Positions 29,372 through 40,005 of a stretch of DNA of 64,000 nt are shown here, in pieces. The stretch's first letter is position 1. Each line of letters begins with the position of its first letter. The position numbers and the translations under genes are program-made. The DNA lies in the NCBI GenBank assembly GCA_016873795.1, contig VGWA01000001.1, positions 2,344-66,343 of the forward strand, written 5' to 3'. The notes under the pieces are model-generated. The model saw nothing but the letters and a program-made list of their open reading frames with translations, was not told where the DNA came from and searched no databases. Source of the stretch: Ignavibacteria bacterium. Its GTDB lineage: Bacteria; Bacteroidota; Ignavibacteria; Tepidaquicellales; Tepidaquicellaceae.

Positions 29372-29627
29372 ATTAAAATCGATTAATCTATGAATTTACT
29401 TCTATTAATTTGGACATTCAATTCAATAAAACAGGGATAAAGGGGGTTTTTGCTTAAGCAAAACTGACAGTATTTGCAACAATTTATCCAATAAATTTAT
29501 TGCTAAGGTTATTCTCTAAGAATTTGCTTTCTTAAAGAAAAATGACTTTTTTATAATATTAACTTACTAATATATACTGCTTTATGATGTGTATTATTCA
29601 AAAAGAATTAATATTTTTAAGTCAGTT

Positions 29628-30947
29628 ATGTTTACAAATTATAATAAGTGCCTGGAATATTTATTCGGGCTCGAAAGAACCGGAATCAAATATGATTTAA
29701 AAAATATTAAGACACTGCTGCAGTATCTTGGAAATCCACATAAGGAATTGAAAGCTATTCATATCGCTGGGACAAACGGCAAGGGAACAGTTGCTTCGAT
29801 GATTAATTCATTTCTTATAGAAAAAAATTTTAAAACCGGACTTTACATATCCCCGCATATTCTTGATTTCAGAGAACGTATTTTAATTAACGGAAATTTA
29901 ATTTCCAAAAAATTCATAATAGATTTTACAAATAAAATTTTACCTTTAATCGAAAAAATTTCTCCGAGTTTTTTCGAAGTGACAACGGCAATGGCATTCT
30001 ATTATTTTAAGAAAAATAATGTGGATTATGCGGTCGTCGAGTGCGGACTCGGCGGAAGATTGGATTCGACTAATGTACTCCGACCGATTTTATCCGTTAT
30101 AACGGGAATTTCTATTGACCATACAGAATATCTTGGTAACACTATTGAAAAAATTGCTTATGAAAAGGCTGGAATTATAAAAAAAAATATTCCACTTGTT
30201 ACCGGATTCTTGAATAAAAAATCAGGAAAAATTATCCGCAAAAAATGCAAGGAGAAAAATTGCGAACTTATAAAATCTTCAAGAATATCTTTAAAAAATA
30301 TTTTCCGGCTTAACGACGGCTTTATTTTTGACATTTGTTACAATAATTGCATTATGAAGAATATAAAGTTTCCAATAATAGGAGACTATCATTTACAAAA
30401 TATTTCGACCACTGTGGCTTCACTAATAAAAATATCGGAATCGGAAAATTTTCATTTTAATTTCGCTGAATTGAAATCTGCCTTATCAAACTTCCCCGAA
30501 CGTTCTAAATTTTACGGAAGATTTCAGGTGCTTACAAGAAATTTGACAATTGTAATAGATGTATCACATAATGTTGAAGGACTTTCAAACCTGCAGGACA
30601 ACCTGAGATACCTGAAATATGAACGACTTGTTATTATCTTCGGCATCATGAAAGACAAAGATATAAAGAGATGCATAAAGGAAATTGAAAAGCTCAATTC
30701 ATTAGTGATATTGACAACTCCTGCATACAAAAGAGCAATATGTGCAGAAGATATGAAGAAATTTGTAAGAAACAGAAATTCATTTATAATAAAGAATGAT
30801 ATTATATCCGCTTTCAAATATGCATACACAATGACAGATAAGAAGGATTTAATTTTAATTACAGGTTCGTTTTTCTTAGTATCTGAATTTTTAAAATTCT
30901 TTTCCGAGTACTATTTAATGAATACAACAGAAATAAAAGATTTATAA
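29628..30947 (+). CDS. folC: Bifunctional folylpolyglutamate synthase / dihydrofolate synthase
   Basis: The P-loop HIAGTNGKGT and VVECGLGGRLDSTN are Mur ligase family blocks. I prefer the ATG at 29628 to the GTG at 29589 used in the ORF track. Confidence 0.9.
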   Translation: MFTNYNKCLEYLFGLERTGIKYDLKNIKTLLQYLGNPHKELKAIHIAGTNGKGTVASMINSFLIEKNFKTGLYISPHILDFRERILINGNLISKKFIIDFTNKILPLIEKISPSFFEVTTAMAFYYFKKNNVDYAVVECGLGGRLDSTNVLRPILSVITGISIDHTEYLGNTIEKIAYEKAGIIKKNIPLVTGFLNKKSGKIIRKKCKEKNCELIKSSRISLKNIFRLNDGFIFDICYNNCIMKNIKFPIIGDYHLQNISTTVASLIKISESENFHFNFAELKSALSNFPERSKFYGRFQVLTRNLTIVIDVSHNVEGLSNLQDNLRYLKYERLVIIFGIMKDKDIKRCIKEIEKLNSLVILTTPAYKRAICAEDMKKFVRNRNSFIIKNDIISAFKYAYTMTDKKDLILITGSFFLVSEFLKFFSEYYLMNTTEIKDL

Positions 30948-31102
30948 CTGCTGACAAGTCTGTAAGAGGGGGAAAAATTGTTAAATACTAAAAAATATTT
31001 TTACTTTTAAATGCTCGATGACAAATAATAACTGCGAACAGTTCTGGAATCAAGAGTAAAATATGCAGAGAATTTAAAGACAGAAAAAGTTAATTTTGTA
31101 AT

Positions 31103-31792
31103 ATGATTAAAGCAATAATATTCGACCTTGATAATACTCTTGTGGATTTTATGCTAATGAAAGAGCGTGCTATAGATGCAGCAATATACGCCATGCAAGA
31201 TGCAGGACTTAACATTTCACGAAAGGAAGCGGAGGAAAGAATTAATAATATTTATGCAAAACAAGGGATTGAATATCAGCAGGTTTTTGACAATTTGCTT
31301 AAAGATATTTACGGAAAAGTAGATTACAAAATTATTTCCGCGGGAATCGTCGCATATCGTACGGCAAGGGAGGCAGCATTAAAGCCATATACAAACGTAT
31401 TCCCTACTCTTATCGAATTAATAAAAATGGGTTTAAAACTTGCTGTTGTATCGGATGCCCCGGCAAAGGAAGCATGGTTGAGGTTATCTTATTTAAACTT
31501 TCATCATTTATTCGATGTGGTAATTACATTCGACGACTCGAAGAACCGCAAGCCCTCAGAAATTCCATTCAGAATGGCACTTAAGCAGTTGAATTTACAA
31601 GCAGAAGAATGCCTGATGGTTGGCGACTGGGCTGAAAGAGACGTTGTCGGAGCAAAAGCTGTCAGTATGAAAACGGTATTTGCCCGATATGGTGACAGAT
31701 TTGACACAATTTATCCGGGTTCCGATTACGATATAAACTGCATTTCGGAATTAATAGACATTGTGAAAAAAGAAAATAAAATTTATGGTTAG
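31103..31792 (+). CDS. HAD-superfamily hydrolase (subfamily IA)
   Basis: HAD motifs are IIFDLDNTLVDF (motif I, DxDxT), VVSDA (motif II) and MVGDWAERDVVGA (motif IV). The TAG stop overlaps the acpS start (ATGGTTAG). Confidence 0.85.
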   Translation: MIKAIIFDLDNTLVDFMLMKERAIDAAIYAMQDAGLNISRKEAEERINNIYAKQGIEYQQVFDNLLKDIYGKVDYKIISAGIVAYRTAREAALKPYTNVFPTLIELIKMGLKLAVVSDAPAKEAWLRLSYLNFHHLFDVVITFDDSKNRKPSEIPFRMALKQLNLQAEECLMVGDWAERDVVGAKAVSMKTVFARYGDRFDTIYPGSDYDINCISELIDIVKKENKIYG

Positions 31793-32147
31793 AGGTACGG
31801 GAATAGATATCATAGAAATCAAGAGAATAAAAAAAATTATCGAAAAATACGGCGATAAATTTTTCAACCGTATACTCACTGAAAAAGAAATCGAATACTG
31901 TAAATCATTTTCTAAACCCGAACTTCATTTTGCCGGCAGATTTGCCTCGAAAGAAGCATACTCAAAGGCAATAGGAACGGGTATTTCGAAAGATTTCGGC
32001 TGGAAAGACATCGAAATACTAAATGATAAAAGAGGCAAACCTTATATTTGCCATACCAAACAAAACGACTTTTCCGGATATAAATTTAACGTAAGCATAT
32101 CACACACAGAAGAATATGCCTGTGCTGTTGTAGTTTGCGAGGATTAA
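31785..32147 (+). CDS. acpS: Holo-[acyl-carrier-protein] synthase
   Basis: GTGIDIIEIKRI, FASKEAYSKAIGTG and SISHTEEYA are standard AcpS blocks. Confidence 0.9.
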   Translation: MVRGTGIDIIEIKRIKKIIEKYGDKFFNRILTEKEIEYCKSFSKPELHFAGRFASKEAYSKAIGTGISKDFGWKDIEILNDKRGKPYICHTKQNDFSGYKFNVSISHTEEYACAVVVCED

Positions 32148-32154
32148 AAGGAAA

Positions 32155-34374
32155 TCAGTCGTTATATCTTGTAGCACTCAATATACCATCCATTGAGTTT
32201 ATTTTTTCCAGGATTGTATTTAACTGTTTCAGATTTTCTATGGCAAGAACAAGAGTACCCTCAAACATCGAACCTTTTGTAAAAATATTTGCGCTCCTGA
32301 TATTGACCTTGTAACTTTTTGAAATTGTTTTAGTAATATCGTTTAATATATCCGGTTTATCCTCCCCGATAATTTTTATACCGCAGGTAAACTCACCCGC
32401 ACTTGCTTTCCCCCAGTTAATCTGTACAATACGATTCGGGTCTAATAAAAAAAGGTTTACTATATTCTTGCAGTTTTTCCTGTGAATTTTAATACCTTCT
32501 GTTTTTGTAATAAACCCAATTACTTCATCGCCCGGAATCGGATTGCAGCATTTTGCATAATCATATTTTATACCTTTTATGTCTTCTTTTTTTTCTTCTG
32601 TTACTAATTTAATATCTTCAACGGATGACCTTGCTTCAGAAATAAATTTTTCCTTTTCAAGCTCTTGTTTTCCGAGCGCCTCGTCGTCAATTTCACGCGG
32701 CTCCAGATAGGATTTATTTCTATCGACAAGTATCTCGATTATATCTTCCAGTCGCGGTTCACTTTTTCCGATTTCATAATAAAAGGTTTGAAGATCTTTA
32801 TACTTTAATTTCTGTATAAATCTCAGGAGTGCTTCTTCATTTAAATGAATTTTATGCTTTTTAATTTTTTTCTCAAAATTTTCTTTGCCTAATACCGAGA
32901 ACTTTCTTTTCTCTGCATTAAAAAATTTTCTTATATCCGCTTTTGCCTTGTGAGTTACAACAAACTTTTCCCAATCTCGTTTCGGAGTTTGGTTCTTGGA
33001 GGTTATAATCTCAATCTGGCTTCCGCTTTTCAAAGGTGTATTCAGCGGGACAATTTTGCCGTTTACTTTTGCCCCTATACATTTCATTCCGACTTCAGTA
33101 TGAATTTCAAAAGCAAAATCAACCGGTGTAGCCCCTGCCGGCAAAATTTTTAATTCACCTTTCGGCGTAAAACAGTAAATTTCGTCCTGATATAAATTCA
33201 GTCTGAAACTTTCTATTAACTGTCTGGATGTATAATCATCCTTTCCAACGCTTTCAATAGTTTCGCGTACCCATTTCATCCAGTCTTCAATATGCTTATC
33301 GCTGATTTTGATATTTTCCTTATATTTCCAGTGTGCTGCAATTCCTTTTTCCGCAATCTCATGCATTTCTATTGTGCGAATCTGTACCTCAACCATCTTT
33401 CCTTCCTTGCTGACTAATGTAGTATGTATTGACTGATATCCGTTTTGCTTAGGAATGGAAATGTAATCTTTGAATCTTTCAGGAACCGGTATATAAATTT
33501 CCGAACATATTCCATAGACGGTAAAACAGTCATTCTTACTAGCTTCATTCAATATAATTCTAACAGCATATAAATCATATAGCTCATCAACTGTTTTATT
33601 TTGTGCTATTGTTTTTCTATAAATGCTGTAAATATGTTTAGGGCGTGTATATATTTCGAATTTATATCCATTCTGAGTCAATCTCTCCTTTATCGGTTCA
33701 ATAAATTTTTTCAAGAATCTTTCTCTGTCTTTTCTTTTTTCTTTTAATTTGTTTGCAATATCGTCATATTTTCTTCTGTCAAGAAACTTAAAAGCAAGAT
33801 CTTCAAAATCTATTTTTATTTTAGACAAACCGAACCTGTGAGCAAAAGGAGCAAAAATCTCAAGTGTTTCCTGTGCCAACCTGATTCTTTTTCCGTCAGG
33901 TAAAAATTCCAGTGTTCTCAAATTATGCAGTCTGTCAGCAAATTTGACAATTATTACTCTAATGTCAGATGTCATTGAAAGAAGCATCTTTTTATAAGAT
34001 TCTATTTGTTTTAATTCATAATTATCAGAAATTCCGTCAATCTGCGATGAACCGTCAACAATATCTGCAATTTCGTTACCAAATTCTGCTTTGAGATCAT
34101 TTATTGTAAATTTGGTATCTTCCACAACATCATGAAGCAAAGCAGCTGCAATTGTAATATCATCAAGCGGTATTTCTTTAGCTAGAATCATTGCAACTTC
34201 GTAAGGGTGGGAAAAATAAGGTTCTCCGGAAGCACGCTTTTCATTTTTGTGAGCTTCCAGAGCAAATCTGAATGCATTAGTAATCAGATTCTCATCAACT
34301 TTACTTGTGGAGAGATTTCTCTTGCATACGGCTATTAATTCATCGAGTTTCTTTTTATAATAACTGCTTAACAT
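32155..34374 (-). CDS. spoT: Bifunctional (p)ppGpp synthetase/hydrolase (RelA/SpoT homolog, RSH)
   Basis: The HD hydrolase motif is HDVVEDT and the synthetase block is YQSIHTTL. TGS and ACT-like C-terminal regions are present, and the 739-aa length is typical. Confidence 0.92.
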   Translation of the reverse strand: MLSSYYKKKLDELIAVCKRNLSTSKVDENLITNAFRFALEAHKNEKRASGEPYFSHPYEVAMILAKEIPLDDITIAAALLHDVVEDTKFTINDLKAEFGNEIADIVDGSSQIDGISDNYELKQIESYKKMLLSMTSDIRVIIVKFADRLHNLRTLEFLPDGKRIRLAQETLEIFAPFAHRFGLSKIKIDFEDLAFKFLDRRKYDDIANKLKEKRKDRERFLKKFIEPIKERLTQNGYKFEIYTRPKHIYSIYRKTIAQNKTVDELYDLYAVRIILNEASKNDCFTVYGICSEIYIPVPERFKDYISIPKQNGYQSIHTTLVSKEGKMVEVQIRTIEMHEIAEKGIAAHWKYKENIKISDKHIEDWMKWVRETIESVGKDDYTSRQLIESFRLNLYQDEIYCFTPKGELKILPAGATPVDFAFEIHTEVGMKCIGAKVNGKIVPLNTPLKSGSQIEIITSKNQTPKRDWEKFVVTHKAKADIRKFFNAEKRKFSVLGKENFEKKIKKHKIHLNEEALLRFIQKLKYKDLQTFYYEIGKSEPRLEDIIEILVDRNKSYLEPREIDDEALGKQELEKEKFISEARSSVEDIKLVTEEKKEDIKGIKYDYAKCCNPIPGDEVIGFITKTEGIKIHRKNCKNIVNLFLLDPNRIVQINWGKASAGEFTCGIKIIGEDKPDILNDITKTISKSYKVNIRSANIFTKGSMFEGTLVLAIENLKQLNTILEKINSMDGILSATRYND

Positions 34375-34391
34375 TACACATTAATTAATCA

Positions 34392-35039
34392 TTATATTGT
34401 ACCGAATAATCTGTCTCCGGCATCCCCAAGTCCCGGTAAAATATAACCAAAACGGTTTAGTTTTTCATCAACACTGCAAGTATAAATAAATAATTCTTTA
34501 TTCAGCAGTTTATGAAACTTGTTATCAATTGCCTTTAATCCTTCGGGGGCACATAACAATGAAACTATATAAATATTTTTACAATTTCTCTTCAGAAGTT
34601 CTTCGATAGTATAAATTACGCTGCCGCCAGTTGCAATCATCGGGTCAAGAACAAATATTTTCAGATAATTCTGGTTCTTAATCCTGGGAAATTTAAAATA
34701 ATATCTGACAGGTTGAAGAGTTTTCTCGTTTCTGTAAATTCCTATATGTGATACCATTGCTTTAGGATAAAGCTTTGAAAAACCTTCCATCATACCCAAG
34801 CCTGCCCTGAGTATTGGAAGTAATACGACATCGTCCCCGATAATATAACCTCTTGCAATTTTCAGAGGGGTTTTAATTCTTACACTGTTTAAATCAAGTT
34901 TGGTATATAATATGCTAGCAAGCACATAAGAAATATTATCTACTGATTGTTTAAAGCAGGAGTAATTTGTATCTTTGTTTCTTAATATAGATAAATAGTG
35001 TTCAACAAGAGGATGTGTTATAAGATTTATTTTATACAT
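34392..35039 (-). CDS. upp: Uracil phosphoribosyltransferase
   Basis: The PRPP-binding block VLDPMIATGGS and the C-terminal YILPGLGDAGDRLFGT support the call. Confidence 0.92.
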   Translation of the reverse strand: MYKINLITHPLVEHYLSILRNKDTNYSCFKQSVDNISYVLASILYTKLDLNSVRIKTPLKIARGYIIGDDVVLLPILRAGLGMMEGFSKLYPKAMVSHIGIYRNEKTLQPVRYYFKFPRIKNQNYLKIFVLDPMIATGGSVIYTIEELLKRNCKNIYIVSLLCAPEGLKAIDNKFHKLLNKELFIYTCSVDEKLNRFGYILPGLGDAGDRLFGTI

Positions 35040-35041
35040 TG

Positions 35042-36079
35042 TTATTGCAATAGTTCTATAGTTAGTGTATTATTTTCCTTCTCGCTTAATTCCTGCGATT
35101 GTGAGCCGGCAGATAATCTTGTTTTAGCGTCAAGTATTATCAAAGTTTCTTTCCGATTCATCGTTCCTTTAGACAAATTAAATACAATAGTACTGGTTCC
35201 CCCTGCTTCGTTAACTTCAATTTTAACTCTTGCTGATTTATCTTTAATCTCTTTTTTAACAAACTCAATAAGAAGTTTACCTTCCAAAGTAACAACCAAA
35301 TCCCCGTTGATATTTTGTAATTTAAGAATTTTATAACTTATATTATTCTTGACCGGAAAAACTTCATATACGTCATCATACGAACTTTCCCATAAGGAAT
35401 CCATTTTTACAATATTTTCCGGAAACTTCTGAAATTGCTTTTGCACAGCAGCTTTAATTACCAGCTTGAATTCTTCCTCGGATGGTGCCTCTTTAATAAT
35501 TTTTTTATCTTCAGGGTTTAAATTGTCAACTCTGTTTTTCAGATTATTATGTATTTTCTCTATAGCATATATATCTTTCACGTCCCCTTTATTCGTTACC
35601 CTAACTTTAAAATCCTGACCGACTATTGCATTATACTGGATATAATCAAGCTTTTCATACACAGAGTCCTTTACGTTTGAATTATATGTTTCCGATAGTG
35701 TGGTTTCTCCGATGGTTTTTGAAGAAATAATATTTATACTATCAAATTTCATTTTATAATTTATTGTGCCGTCATCTTCTATTTGAAATACATCATGAGT
35801 ATAATAATAAGTCAGTATGTTTTCCGCTTTTAGATAATTAGGTTTTGCATTAGGACTTTTTTGTTCAATTGACCTTTTTTCTGACATTTTATATCTGAAT
35901 TGTTGTCCCAAGGCAGGTTTAATTACAAGATCAAGTTGTTTTATTGTATCGACTGAAACTGGTTCTTTTATTTTCAGTGAATCCGTTTCGGATATTTCAC
36001 TTTCCTTCTTACAAGAAGTAATCAGGACAAAAATTATTAACATTCCTGCAAGAGTAATCGGGATGACTTTTTTTAACAT
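35042..36079 (-). CDS. Hypothetical lipoprotein (345 aa)
   Basis: Signal peptide with lipobox (LITSC). No other recognisable domain. Confidence 0.6.
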   Translation of the reverse strand: MLKKVIPITLAGMLIIFVLITSCKKESEISETDSLKIKEPVSVDTIKQLDLVIKPALGQQFRYKMSEKRSIEQKSPNAKPNYLKAENILTYYYTHDVFQIEDDGTINYKMKFDSINIISSKTIGETTLSETYNSNVKDSVYEKLDYIQYNAIVGQDFKVRVTNKGDVKDIYAIEKIHNNLKNRVDNLNPEDKKIIKEAPSEEEFKLVIKAAVQKQFQKFPENIVKMDSLWESSYDDVYEVFPVKNNISYKILKLQNINGDLVVTLEGKLLIEFVKKEIKDKSARVKIEVNEAGGTSTIVFNLSKGTMNRKETLIILDAKTRLSAGSQSQELSEKENNTLTIELLQ

Positions 36080-36239
36080 TGGTTGCTCCTGTTTTTATTA
36101 TCAAGATACTATTTAAAATAGAAATTTTAAATTCTAAAAATACTATATTTTAATCAATAATTATTTATTTTCGGATTTCAATTATTCCTCTTTTTGTTCT
36201 TTAAAATTTTAAAATGAATGTGTATTTTGATATTATAAA

Positions 36240-36722
36240 ATGATTCAGGAAAGATTAAATATAATAAAAAGCATACTTTCAGGTTTTCATCCCGAATACA
36301 CCGATGTAAATGGAACTCCACAAATAATAGCAAATACAAATAATGTTATAGAAATCTGTAAAATTCTTAAGGAAAACGAAGAAACAAGATTTGAAATGCT
36401 TATCGATGCTGTTAGTATAGATAATTTCGTTAAAGAGAATCGTTACGAAATTGTATACAATTTGTACTCTATAAAATTCAAATACCGTTTATTCGTAAAA
36501 GTCCGGCTTGACTCAAAAGAACCAAAAATGCCGAGTCTTACTGCAGTTTGGGAATCCGCGAACTGGTACGAAAGGGAAGCTTATGATATGATGGGCATTA
36601 TATTTACCGGACATCCGGATCTAAGAAGAATATATATGCCCGAGGAATTTGAATATTATCCGCTCAGAAAGGATTTTCCACTGATGGGAATTCCCGGTTC
36701 TTTACATTTACCAAAAAAATAA
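36240..36722 (+). CDS. nuoC: NADH-quinone oxidoreductase subunit C
   Basis: WESANWYEREAYDMMGIIFTGHPDLRRI is the NuoC/30-kDa signature. Confidence 0.92.
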   Translation: MIQERLNIIKSILSGFHPEYTDVNGTPQIIANTNNVIEICKILKENEETRFEMLIDAVSIDNFVKENRYEIVYNLYSIKFKYRLFVKVRLDSKEPKMPSLTAVWESANWYEREAYDMMGIIFTGHPDLRRIYMPEEFEYYPLRKDFPLMGIPGSLHLPKK

Positions 36723-36737
36723 TAAAACTGATTCGGT

Positions 36738-38015
36738 TTGCCTCATACTATATACAACGATTTAAAGGATAACAAATCCAATATTAAGCGAACAAAAATT
36801 TTAGAAGCTCTTGAATCGCAGGATTTGAGTGTTTCATTTTCGGACGCCCTGGACAATGAAATGGTATTGAATATGGGACCTTCTCATCCCGCAACTCACG
36901 GTGTTCTTCGGCTGCTCATCAGCCTCGACGGAGAAACAGTGATGAAGTGTGTTCCGGACCTCGGATACCTTCACAGGGGATATGAAAAACTTGCCGAAAA
37001 TTGTACTTACTATGAATATATTCCCCATACGGACAGATTAGATTACCTGCAGCCAATTGCTAATAATGTAGCATTCGTTTTAGCTGTAGAAAAACTTTGC
37101 AAACTGGATATTCCTGAAAGGGCTAAATACATCAGGGTAATAATAGCTGAATTAGGCAGAATACAGTCCCATCTTATAGCATACGGCTCGATGGTAATGG
37201 ATACAGGTGCTTTAACTCCGTTTCTATGGGCTTTGAGAGAACGAGAAAAAATAATGGATTTGTATGATTTAATCTGCGGTGCCCGTTTCACGACATCATA
37301 TACAAGAATAGGCGGTCTTGCCCAGGATATAAAATCAGGTACAATAGAGGGAATTAAGAAATTCATAGACGAATTCCCAAAATATCTTAAGGAAATGAGA
37401 GATATAATAGAGAGAAACAAGATTTTTATTAAACGATGCGAGGGCGTTGGATATCTTTCAAGAGAAAAATTAATCGAACTTGGCGTAACAGGACCTGTAC
37501 TGAGAGCTTCAGGAGTTCCGAGAGACTTGAGACGTGATGAACCTTATCTAATATACGATAAAATCGATTTCAGGATACCTGTTTATAACGACAGTGATGC
37601 TTTAGCAAGATACTATATCAGAATAGAAGAAATGGAAGAATCAATAAAAATTATTAAACAATGTCTTGAAAAAATGCCTTCTGGTTCTGTTCATGCTAAA
37701 AACAACAAGCAAGTTCTTCCGCAAAAAGAAAAGATTTATACAAAGATGGAAGAACTAATAAATGATTTTATAATTGTTAATTTTGGTATAAATCCTCCTA
37801 TTGACGAATCATACCAAGCAATAGAATCTTCAAAAGGAGAACTCGGATTTTACATAATAAGTAAAGGAGAAGGACACCCATACCGGCTTAAAATCCGCTC
37901 TCCGAGTTTTTGCAATTTGCAGGCATTGCCTTTTATGATAAAAGGAGGGTTAATCTCGGATACAGTTGCTATTATAGGCAGTTTAGACCCTGTAATGGGG
38001 GAGGCGGATAAATAA
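36738..38015 (+). CDS. nuoD: NADH-quinone oxidoreductase subunit D
   Basis: NMGPSHPATHGVLRL and the C-terminal IGSLDPVMGEADK support the call. The start is TTG. Confidence 0.93.
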   Translation: MPHTIYNDLKDNKSNIKRTKILEALESQDLSVSFSDALDNEMVLNMGPSHPATHGVLRLLISLDGETVMKCVPDLGYLHRGYEKLAENCTYYEYIPHTDRLDYLQPIANNVAFVLAVEKLCKLDIPERAKYIRVIIAELGRIQSHLIAYGSMVMDTGALTPFLWALREREKIMDLYDLICGARFTTSYTRIGGLAQDIKSGTIEGIKKFIDEFPKYLKEMRDIIERNKIFIKRCEGVGYLSREKLIELGVTGPVLRASGVPRDLRRDEPYLIYDKIDFRIPVYNDSDALARYYIRIEEMEESIKIIKQCLEKMPSGSVHAKNNKQVLPQKEKIYTKMEELINDFIIVNFGINPPIDESYQAIESSKGELGFYIISKGEGHPYRLKIRSPSFCNLQALPFMIKGGLISDTVAIIGSLDPVMGEADK

Positions 38016-38080
38016 TAATTAAAATTAATACTAATCCGGAGAATTCCCATACGGAAAAAACAGGAAAATGAAATAATTAT

Positions 38081-38557
38081 ATGTTTTCAGAAGCAGAATT
38101 AATAGAAATCGAGAAAATAAAAAAAAGATATGAAAGTCCACAAAGCTCGTTACTTCCTGTTCTGTGGATGATACAGGAAAAGGAGGGGTGGATTTCGAAA
38201 GACTCTATGAGTTATGCAGCAGAATTACTCAATATTCCCTATGAATACGTTTTAGGGGTTGTCTCTTTTTACACAATGTTTTTTAAAAAGCCAAAAGGAA
38301 AATTTCACCTTCAGATATGTACTAATGTCTCATGCATGCTAAGAGGCGGTTATGAGCTATACAAATATGCCTGCAAAAAATTAGGAATTAATAAAGAAGA
38401 AATTACATCTGATGGAATGTTTTCGATTGAAGAAGTTGAATGTCTTGGAAGCTGTGCTACCGCACCAATGATGCAGGTAAATAATAAAGAGTACTTTGAA
38501 AATCTCACATTTGAAAAATTTGACGAGCTGATAGAGAAATTCAAGAAAGAAATATAA
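38081..38557 (+). CDS. nuoE: NADH-quinone oxidoreductase subunit E (2Fe-2S)
   Basis: The Cys ligand pattern is CTNVSCMLRG ... ECLGSCATAPMMQVN. Confidence 0.9.
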   Translation: MFSEAELIEIEKIKKRYESPQSSLLPVLWMIQEKEGWISKDSMSYAAELLNIPYEYVLGVVSFYTMFFKKPKGKFHLQICTNVSCMLRGGYELYKYACKKLGINKEEITSDGMFSIEEVECLGSCATAPMMQVNNKEYFENLTFEKFDELIEKFKKEI

Positions 38558-38576
38558 TACACATTTTCTAACACAG

Positions 38577-39881
38577 ATGACAAAAATCATATTAAAAGAT
38601 ATTGATGACTTAAATACACTGGAAGTTTATGAAGCAAACGGAGGTTTCAGCGCTTTGAAAAAGGTTCTGAAAGAAATGAAAGCGGACGAGGTTATTGAAG
38701 AGGTGAAAAAATCGGGACTCCGCGGCAGAGGCGGAGCTTGCTTTCCGACAGGACTGAAATGGTCCTTTATGCCAAAAGTAACAGATAAACCTAAATTTCT
38801 TTGCTGTAACGGTGATGAAAGCGAACCGGGAAGTTTTAAAGATAGAGAAATATTCGAGAGAAATCCGTATCAGTTTCTTGAAGGAACACTAATTGCCTGT
38901 TATGCTATGGGAATTAAAACCGCTTATATTTACATAAGAGGAGAATACTATAGATGGATTAATATTATTGAAGAATGCATTAATCAGCTATATAAAAAGG
39001 GATACATTGGAAAAAATGTCGCGGGAAGCAGTTTTTCCACAGATATATACATTCATAAAGGAGCGGGTGCGTATATATGCGGGGAAGAATCGGCATTAAT
39101 GAGTTCGATTGAAGGACAAAGAGGATATCCACGCGTTAAGCCGCCGTTTCCGGCTCAGTTTGGTTTATGGGGATATCCTACAACAATAAACAACATAGAA
39201 ACTATTACTAATATACCTGAGATAATAAACAGAGGAAGCAAATGGTTTGCGTCTGTCGGCGAACCAAAACATCCGGGTACTTTACTGTTTGGTATAAGCG
39301 GTCATATAAATAAACCCGGAGTTTATGAACTCGAAACAGGAACTCCGCTGATGACAATAATAAACGAATACTGCGGAGGGGTTTGGAGGGGAAAAAGTTT
39401 AAAAGCTGTAATTCCCGGCGGCTCTTCGGTTCCACCGCTCACAAGAGACGAGGCTTTAAAAGCAAAAATGGACTCGGAAAGCTTAAAAGAATTCAATTCT
39501 GCAATTGGTACAGCAGGAATTATCGTAATGGATCAAGATACTGACTTGCTGGAAGTACTAACGAGAATTACGTATTTTTATTTTCACGAATCTTGCGGAC
39601 AGTGCACTCCTTGCCGTGAAGGATGCGGGTGGATGCTAAGAATACTACGGAGAATCAGCGAGGGCAAGGGACGAATGAGTGATCTTGACCTGTTAATTTC
39701 GGTCGCCGATAATATCGAAGGAAATACAATTTGTGCACTTGGCGATGCTGCCGCCTGGCCCGTAAAATGGACAATAAGAAAATTTCGCGGGGAATTTGAA
39801 TCAAAAATACAAAAAGAAGAAATAGAGTTACCAAATATTAACAAGGTGCATTCCATAAGACATACAGATTATTACACGTAA
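38577..39881 (+). CDS. nuoF: NADH-quinone oxidoreductase subunit F (FMN, 4Fe-4S)
   Basis: GLRGRGGACFPTGLKW, GAGAYICGEESAL and ESCGQCTPCREG. Confidence 0.94.
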   Translation: MTKIILKDIDDLNTLEVYEANGGFSALKKVLKEMKADEVIEEVKKSGLRGRGGACFPTGLKWSFMPKVTDKPKFLCCNGDESEPGSFKDREIFERNPYQFLEGTLIACYAMGIKTAYIYIRGEYYRWINIIEECINQLYKKGYIGKNVAGSSFSTDIYIHKGAGAYICGEESALMSSIEGQRGYPRVKPPFPAQFGLWGYPTTINNIETITNIPEIINRGSKWFASVGEPKHPGTLLFGISGHINKPGVYELETGTPLMTIINEYCGGVWRGKSLKAVIPGGSSVPPLTRDEALKAKMDSESLKEFNSAIGTAGIIVMDQDTDLLEVLTRITYFYFHESCGQCTPCREGCGWMLRILRRISEGKGRMSDLDLLISVADNIEGNTICALGDAAAWPVKWTIRKFRGEFESKIQKEEIELPNINKVHSIRHTDYYT

Positions 39882-40005
39882 AATTTTACGAAATATACAT
39901 AATATTTATTCAAATATATACTATTACAAATCATATATTTTACAAAGAGGTTATCTTTATATAGTTAAATTTATAAGTGCAGAGATACTTAGCACAAAGA
40001 AGAGG

